A program made the position numbers and the translations under genes. Of a stretch of DNA of 64,000 nt, positions 59,086 through 64,000 are shown piece after piece. Under the pieces are notes generated by a model, which did not search any database, had not been told where the DNA came from, and saw only the letters and a list, made by a program, of their open reading frames with translations. Source of the stretch: an uncultured Actinomycetota bacterium (lineage in GTDB: Bacteria > Actinomycetota > Actinomycetes > Streptosporangiales > Streptosporangiaceae); NCBI GenBank assembly GCA_963820395.1, contig CAWGAE010000010.1, forward strand, positions 249,759 to 313,758. The letters run 5' to 3'. Within the stretch, counting starts at the first letter, position 1. Every line of letters starts with the position of its first letter.

Positions 59086-59625
59086 ATACGGGCGTGCCGC
59101 GGCAGTCCTGCCACGCATCCAAGCGGCGGCGGGCGAACGGAGGAGGGCGCCTTGCGAAAGCACCCTCGCCCGAGCCTTGGTGCCCTCAGATGATCAAAAC
59201 GCATATTTGATCTTCGTAGTGTTACCGCGGTTGCGTGCGCCGCATGGTCTGCGAGGATGACTAACCGCACGCCACAGGCACCCTCATCCACTGCAGACCC
59301 GCTACCACAAAAATGACAGAAAGAATCACAAGCAACGGATTGTTTCTCGACGGCTCCTTTAGTCCGCCGGCTACCCGGCGGACTAAACCTCCAGCACGAC
59401 GCGGCATCCGCACCGTGCGGGCGCCCCACGGATCCTGCGCCCGACATCTGTCCGGCAGCTGAACCTGGCCGCTGCCGCATGCGTTCCTTATTGCATGAGC
59501 GCCTCCGCAAGGCCTTGGTACGCCGGCCCGTATCCGTCGTACGGTGACACGGTGAGGCAAGGCCGTGAAGACCCGACCGGGACGCGGGCCGGCGAGCCAG
59601 CCGTAGCCGCGCGCTGGCGGTAACC

Positions 59626-60756
59626 GTGGGCGTGGCCGCGGGCCAGACACGTCGGCGCTGGCTGCTCGTCGCGGTCGGCCTGGCCATCACGTGCGCGCTG
59701 CCCGCCGTAGCCAGCGCGCTGCCGGTGGCGGCTCCGCGCTCGGCGAACCCGGTGGAGCTGCGTACGCGGATGCTCGCCTCGGCCAACCTGCCGTACTCGG
59801 GATACGTAGAAAGTGATGGCGCTCTCGGCGTCCCGAACCTGGGTAAGCTGAGCGACATTACCGCGATGCTGGACGGCAGCACGCGCATGCGCGTCTGGCA
59901 GGCCTCGGCGTCGTCGTGGCGGGCCGACGTCCTTTCCGACGCGGGTGAGCGTGACACCTATCAACTCCGGGGTAAGACCTATACCTGGGACTCGGGCGGC
60001 GAGCTGCTCACCGAAGTCACCGGCGACCAGCCGGTCCGGCCTCCCCGTGCGGCCGATCTCCTGCCGCCTGCCCTTGCCCTGCGCCTGCTGCATGACACGA
60101 GGGGCACCGCACGGATCACCAGCCTCCCAGCTGAGCGGATCGCGGGCAGGGATGCCGGAGGTCTGCGGCTGGTTCCCACCGACCCGGCCACGACCATCGG
60201 CCAGATCGATATCTGGGCCGATTCAGCCAATGGCCTGCCCCTGCAAGTCGAGATCACTGGCCGCGGCAGCGGGCAGGTGGTGCTGGCGAGCCGTTTCCTG
60301 CAGGTGGCCTTCAACCGGCCGTCCGGCCAGGTGCTGACCCCTGCGCACGGGCCAGGCACCGGCTTCACCGCGGCCAGTCCCGGCGACATCGCCAGCGCTG
60401 CCGGCGATCTAGACGACGAGCAACTGCCCGGTTCCCTGGCAGGACAGTCACGGATACCGCAGCCACCGGCATTCCAGGAGATCGGCATCTACGGCCGCGG
60501 CCTATCGACATTCGCGGTAATCACCCTCAGGGGCCACAGCGGCCGGCGCGACCTTCGCAGCGCGAAGCGCAACGGAGGAACCCCGTTAACCCTCGCAAAG
60601 GGGTTCGGCGTCCAGATCGCCACGCCGCTGATCACGGTCGTCCTCGCTCATCCATGCGACTCCTATGACACTTTCCTGATCGCGGGGATGGTCAGTCCTC
60701 AGTTGCTCGCGAAGGCCGCAGCGCAGCTCACCGCGAAACCGGACCGTGACCTGTGA
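59626..60756 (+). CDS. secreted LolA/RseB-like protein, first gene of the ABC operon
   Basis: Signal peptide RRRWLLVAVGLAITCALPAVASA. Its GTGA stop/start overlaps the ATPase gene. The fold assignment is from memory of similar operons only. Confidence 0.5.
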   Translation: MGVAAGQTRRRWLLVAVGLAITCALPAVASALPVAAPRSANPVELRTRMLASANLPYSGYVESDGALGVPNLGKLSDITAMLDGSTRMRVWQASASSWRADVLSDAGERDTYQLRGKTYTWDSGGELLTEVTGDQPVRPPRAADLLPPALALRLLHDTRGTARITSLPAERIAGRDAGGLRLVPTDPATTIGQIDIWADSANGLPLQVEITGRGSGQVVLASRFLQVAFNRPSGQVLTPAHGPGTGFTAASPGDIASAAGDLDDEQLPGSLAGQSRIPQPPAFQEIGIYGRGLSTFAVITLRGHSGRRDLRSAKRNGGTPLTLAKGFGVQIATPLITVVLAHPCDSYDTFLIAGMVSPQLLAKAAAQLTAKPDRDL

Positions 60757-61712
60757 TCGTCACCCGGGCTCTCACCAAGCGCTTCGGCCAGATCGTCGCG
60801 GTCGACTCCGTCGATCTCACCGTCGGTGACGGTGATCGTTACGGCCTCCTCGGCCCGAACGGCTCAGGCAAGACGACGCTGGTCCGGATGCTGCTCGGCC
60901 TCGTCTATGCGACGAAGGGCGAGATAGAGATCATGGGCCTGCGAATGCCAAAGCACGCCAGGCGCGTGCTTACCGGGGTCGGGGCGCTGGTCGAGGAGCC
61001 TGCCGCCTATCCGCACATGTCCGGACGTGCCAACCTGGCACTGCTTGACGCCGCGGGACCCGGCGGGGACCGGCGGACGCGGCGCAGGCGGATCGGTGCG
61101 GCGCTCGAGCGTGTCGGCCTCGCGGGCGTCGACCGGCGGCCCGTTCGCGCCTATTCCCTCGGCATGCGGCAGCGCCTCGGCCTGGCCGCCGCTCTGGTCC
61201 GCGCACCGCGGCTTCTCATCCTCGACGAACCGTCCAATGGCCTCGACCCACGGGGTATCCGCGACATCAGGGACCTGCTCATTGAACTCAACCAGGCCGG
61301 GACCACCGTCTTCCTTTCCAGCCACCTCCTTTCCGAGGTGGAACGGCTATGCACACGCGTCGGGATACTCGACCGCGGCAGGCTCGTGGTGCAGGAAACG
61401 CTCTCGGCGCTGCAGGCACCAACCGGGCGCGTCGTCGTGAGGAGCCCAGACGCCGATCGCGTGGCCGCGTTGCTCGACGGGCGCGTCGAGACCTGGGACG
61501 GTGCCCAGCTTGTTGTGCGCCACGAGGATGCGGCCGCGCTCAACGCGCGGCTGGTGGGCGAGGGCGTGCGGGTCACGGAGATTCGCGCGCAGCGCCGGTC
61601 GCTCGAGCAACTGGTGCTCGAGACCACAAGCGCCGGCTCGGACCAGGTCGACGGGTCACCGGACACACACGGCACACCCGTCCAGAAAGACCGGCGGGAG
61701 TCAGAGCAATGA
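60753..61712 (+). CDS. ABC transporter ATP-binding protein
   Basis: Walker A GPNGSGKTT, signature YSLGMRQRL and Walker B LLILDEP. Confidence 0.9.
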   Translation: MIVTRALTKRFGQIVAVDSVDLTVGDGDRYGLLGPNGSGKTTLVRMLLGLVYATKGEIEIMGLRMPKHARRVLTGVGALVEEPAAYPHMSGRANLALLDAAGPGGDRRTRRRRIGAALERVGLAGVDRRPVRAYSLGMRQRLGLAAALVRAPRLLILDEPSNGLDPRGIRDIRDLLIELNQAGTTVFLSSHLLSEVERLCTRVGILDRGRLVVQETLSALQAPTGRVVVRSPDADRVAALLDGRVETWDGAQLVVRHEDAAALNARLVGEGVRVTEIRAQRRSLEQLVLETTSAGSDQVDGSPDTHGTPVQKDRRESEQ

Positions 61713-62590
61713 TCGCTGTCGAGCTTCGTAAGCTCGTGCGCCGACCGCGGACCTGGATAAGCATCGGCCTGATCTGCGCGCTCCCGCTCGCCGTCGCGAT
61801 CTTCGTTTCGGTCAGCCACCTGGCGCCGCCGCCCGGTCAGGGGACAGCCTTCCTGTCCGCGATCCTGCAGGATGGCTCGCTGTACCCGGCCGCCGCGCTC
61901 GCCCTTGTGCTGCCGGTGTTCCTGCCGGTCGCGGTCGCGGTCGTGGCGGGTGACGCTGTCGCGGGTGAGGCGACCGCGGGAACTCTGCGCTACCTGCTGA
62001 TCCGGCCGATCGGACGCACCAGGTTCCTGGTCGCCAAGCTCGTCACGATCATCATGTTCGTCCTGATCGCCGTCATCACGGTCGCCATCACCTCCTATCT
62101 GACCGGTGTCCTGCTGCTCGGCCCCGCAGCGCCGGCTGCGGTCGGCCAGCCAGGCGCCGGACAGCAACTGCAGACCGGTGGTGTCCAGGCCGGCGCGGCC
62201 GCCACGTCGCTTTCCGGCCCTCCCCTGACGGCACTCCAGCTGATCGAACGTATCGGTGGCGCCATCGCCTTCATCACGGTGTCGATGCTCGGAGTCGCCG
62301 CGATTGTCCTATTCCTGTCCACGGTTACCGATTCCGCACTCGGCTCCGCGCTCGGCGGGCTCGCGGTACTCATCGGGAGCGAGGTCCTGGCCACCCTGGA
62401 CGCCGCGGCATCGATACGACCGTACGTGCCGACCCGTTACTGGCTGGCCTGGATCGACTTCTTCCGTCAGCCGATCTTCTGGCGGGACATCCAGCGAGGA
62501 TTCGGGATACAGGTGGTATACGTGGCCGTGTTCCTCGCGGCCGCCTGGGCGAATTTCGGCACCAAGGACATCACGACCTCAGCCGGCGCT
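61709..62590 (+). CDS. ABC-2 type permease; 3' end uncertain (the ORF stays open to 63205)
   Basis: ATGA overlap with the ATPase stop. Six hydrophobic segments end near ...AAWANFGTKDIT. After that the frame runs antisense through the lipase gene. Confidence 0.65.
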
Positions 62591-63430
62591 GCCGAGCGCC
62601 CGGAGGGACCCGCAATCCGCCGCGGCCGGCGCAGTCAGCGCCGCTGGGCCGAGGGCACGCACCACAATGCCCACGACAAGCGGATCGGACGGCAACTGGC
62701 TGTGCTGGATCACGGCACCGGGGCATACGCTCTGCAGCGGGACGTTCACCGCACCGGGCAGCCGGGCGGAAGCGGGCGGCTGCACGGTCCGATCGTTTAT
62801 GGTCCACAGCGACAGCCATGCGGGCCTGCCCATGAGCGGGATCTTGTCGAGCCTGGTCAGCAGGGCACTGCCAGGCACGAGCTGTTGGCAGGCGACCGGA
62901 CAGGCCGCCGGCCCGACGGCGCTGCCGACCGCCGCGAGTTCCGCGCCGTGCAATGGCGACCCCAGCGTGATGATCCGCCTGACCTTGCTCGCGCCCCCGT
63001 GCTCAACGTCCCAGAGCCGCGCGACCACGCCACCGGCCGAGTACCCGACCACGTCCACCGAGCGCGCGCCGCCGCGCAGTGCCCGGTTTACGTAGCCGTT
63101 CAGCACGTCGGCCTGGGCCTCAAGGTCGCCGGTACCGCCCGAGGGGAGTGCCACGATCGTGGCCGCGTCACCCATGGCACGGATCCGTGCCGCGAGGGCG
63201 CCTAGCGATCTGGTGCTGCCCCCGTAGCCCGGTACCAGGACCACGGCAACGGGCGCGGACATCCCAGGCTCGGACGTGCCTGGATCTGCCGGCGCGGCCG
63301 TGTCACCCCCCTGTGCGGCCAGCCGTGCGCCTGCGACGACCAGCCCGGCGGCCAGTAGCAGTATCGCGCCGACAAGAAGCCGCCGGCGCGGGCTGAGCGC
63401 GGCAAACCACCGGCACGCCCGCAATCTCAT
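62579..63430 (-). CDS. secreted lipase / alpha-beta hydrolase
   Basis: Signal/TM segment followed by [10 protein letters not shown] and the nucleophile elbow VGYSAGG. The start is at ATG 63430. Confidence 0.75.
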   Translation of the reverse strand: MRLRACRWFAALSPRRRLLVGAILLLAAGLVVAGARLAAQGGDTAAPADPGTSEPGMSAPVAVVLVPGYGGSTRSLGALAARIRAMGDAATIVALPSGGTGDLEAQADVLNGYVNRALRGGARSVDVVGYSAGGVVARLWDVEHGGASKVRRIITLGSPLHGAELAAVGSAVGPAACPVACQQLVPGSALLTRLDKIPLMGRPAWLSLWTINDRTVQPPASARLPGAVNVPLQSVCPGAVIQHSQLPSDPLVVGIVVRALGPAALTAPAAADCGSLRALGSAG

Positions 63431-63716
63431 CCGTCCATCCTGCGTTGCCCGGCCGGCGCCGTCCAATCCAGCAAGTCGCTTCTGCCGCCCGCTCAGGTCC
63501 CGGATTCAGGTGCCGATGGGGATGCCCGCCGGAGTCCGGGCATCGTGGACCGGCGCTGCTCGGCAGCCGGGTCACACGGCTCCCTCGGCAACCAGTCACA
63601 CGCATCCCCCAGCAACCGTCGTGCGCCCGCAGCACGCCCGCGCCGGTGCGCGGCGACGCGCAATGCCATTCGGACGCACGATGCCGTTCGGATGCACAAT
63701 GCGGTTCACTTGTGTG

Positions 63717-64000
63717 GTGTCACCAGAGGAGCTGATAAGGCTCGACCGCGCGCACGCCTGGCACCCGTACGCCGCGATGCCGGGCACTCAGCGGCCCCTG
63801 TTGGTGGAGTCCGCGGAAGCCGTCCGGCTAAAGCTTTCCGAGCCCGTCGACGGGGTAGGCGAGCTGATCGATGGGATGTCGTCGTGGTGGGCCGCGATTC
63901 ACGGGTACCGGCACCCTGTGCTCGACGAGGCCGTGCGCGACCAGCTTGGACGGATGAGCCATGTCATGTTTGGCGGGCTCACCCAGGAGCCGGCCATCCG
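63717..64000 (+). CDS. bioA: adenosylmethionine-8-amino-7-oxononanoate aminotransferase, 5' part (continues beyond the window)
   Basis: Own translation from GTG 63717 gives [23 protein letters not shown]...[45 protein letters not shown]. Confidence 0.8.
   Translation, partial: MSPEELIRLDRAHAWHPYAAMPGTQRPLLVESAEAVRLKLSEPVDGVGELIDGMSSWWAAIHGYRHPVLDEAVRDQLGRMSHVMFGGLTQEPAI

Noticed and set aside
59261-59370. A small hydrophobic minus-strand peptide (...LLVILSVIFVVAGLQWMRVPVACG*) and an overlapping Cys-rich frame (ACDSFCHFCGSGS) lie downstream of an AAAGGAG in the 540-nt gap after map.
   Set aside because: The SD-like sequence is about 20 nt from the nearest TTG/GTG, neither frame has a convincing start, and I recognise no family. 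It may deserve a look with ribosome-profiling data.

Overview
This window is a high-G+C actinobacterial chromosome segment; I cannot assign a genus from sequence alone. The backbone is a conserved housekeeping neighbourhood. Its gene order matches what I recall of the Mycobacterium tuberculosis pepB-dlaT-lipB-lipA-glnA1-glnE-glnA2-panB region (about Rv2213-Rv2226). The backbone genes are: rhodanese, alkaline-phosphatase-family enzyme, DUF5998, cobS, D-Ser-dehydratase-like enzyme, pepA, lpd, sucB/dlaT, TIGR01777 epimerase, lipB, lipA, DUF4191, RDD, glnA, then glnE, glnA2, nadE, a TetR+MFS pair, panB, npdG, and later two YbjQ-like genes, map, a LolA-like+ABC-2 transporter, a lipase and the start of bioA.

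Two accessory patches interrupt the backbone. Patch 1 (about 18.3-34.0 kb) sits between glnA and glnE. It is a mosaic of IS66 (two copies), IS110, IS30 with a passenger ORF, IS21 and IS5 fragments, two 121-bp MITEs, GAF-ANTAR and GAF-PP2C signalling genes, and an A/T-richer stretch of orphan ORFs. Patch 2 (about 46.7-55.9 kb) holds integrase remnants, orphan ORFs, an HbhA-like gene, a secreted transglycosylase-like gene, a third MITE copy abutting an IS630-family element that is itself split by an IS982 element, and an overlapping Xis-like HTH/HNH gene pair.

The most informative observations are:
- a CTAG-targeting IS630/MITE family whose members stack end-to-end;
- two insertions whose removal exactly restores small ORFs;
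- eight +1 single-nucleotide frameshifts in otherwise well-conserved genes (nadE x3, glnE at least x2, panB, tetR, HTH), which look more like assembly indels than decay;
- in-frame tandem-repeat insertions inside LipB and GlnE;
- a textbook double GlnR box upstream of glnA.

I found no rRNA, tRNA or CRISPR array, and no recognisable multi-gene defence or biosynthetic system. Any novel system here would have to be among the orphan ORFs, the YbjQ pair or the non-coding flanks listed in the findings. None of this can be proven without database searches.
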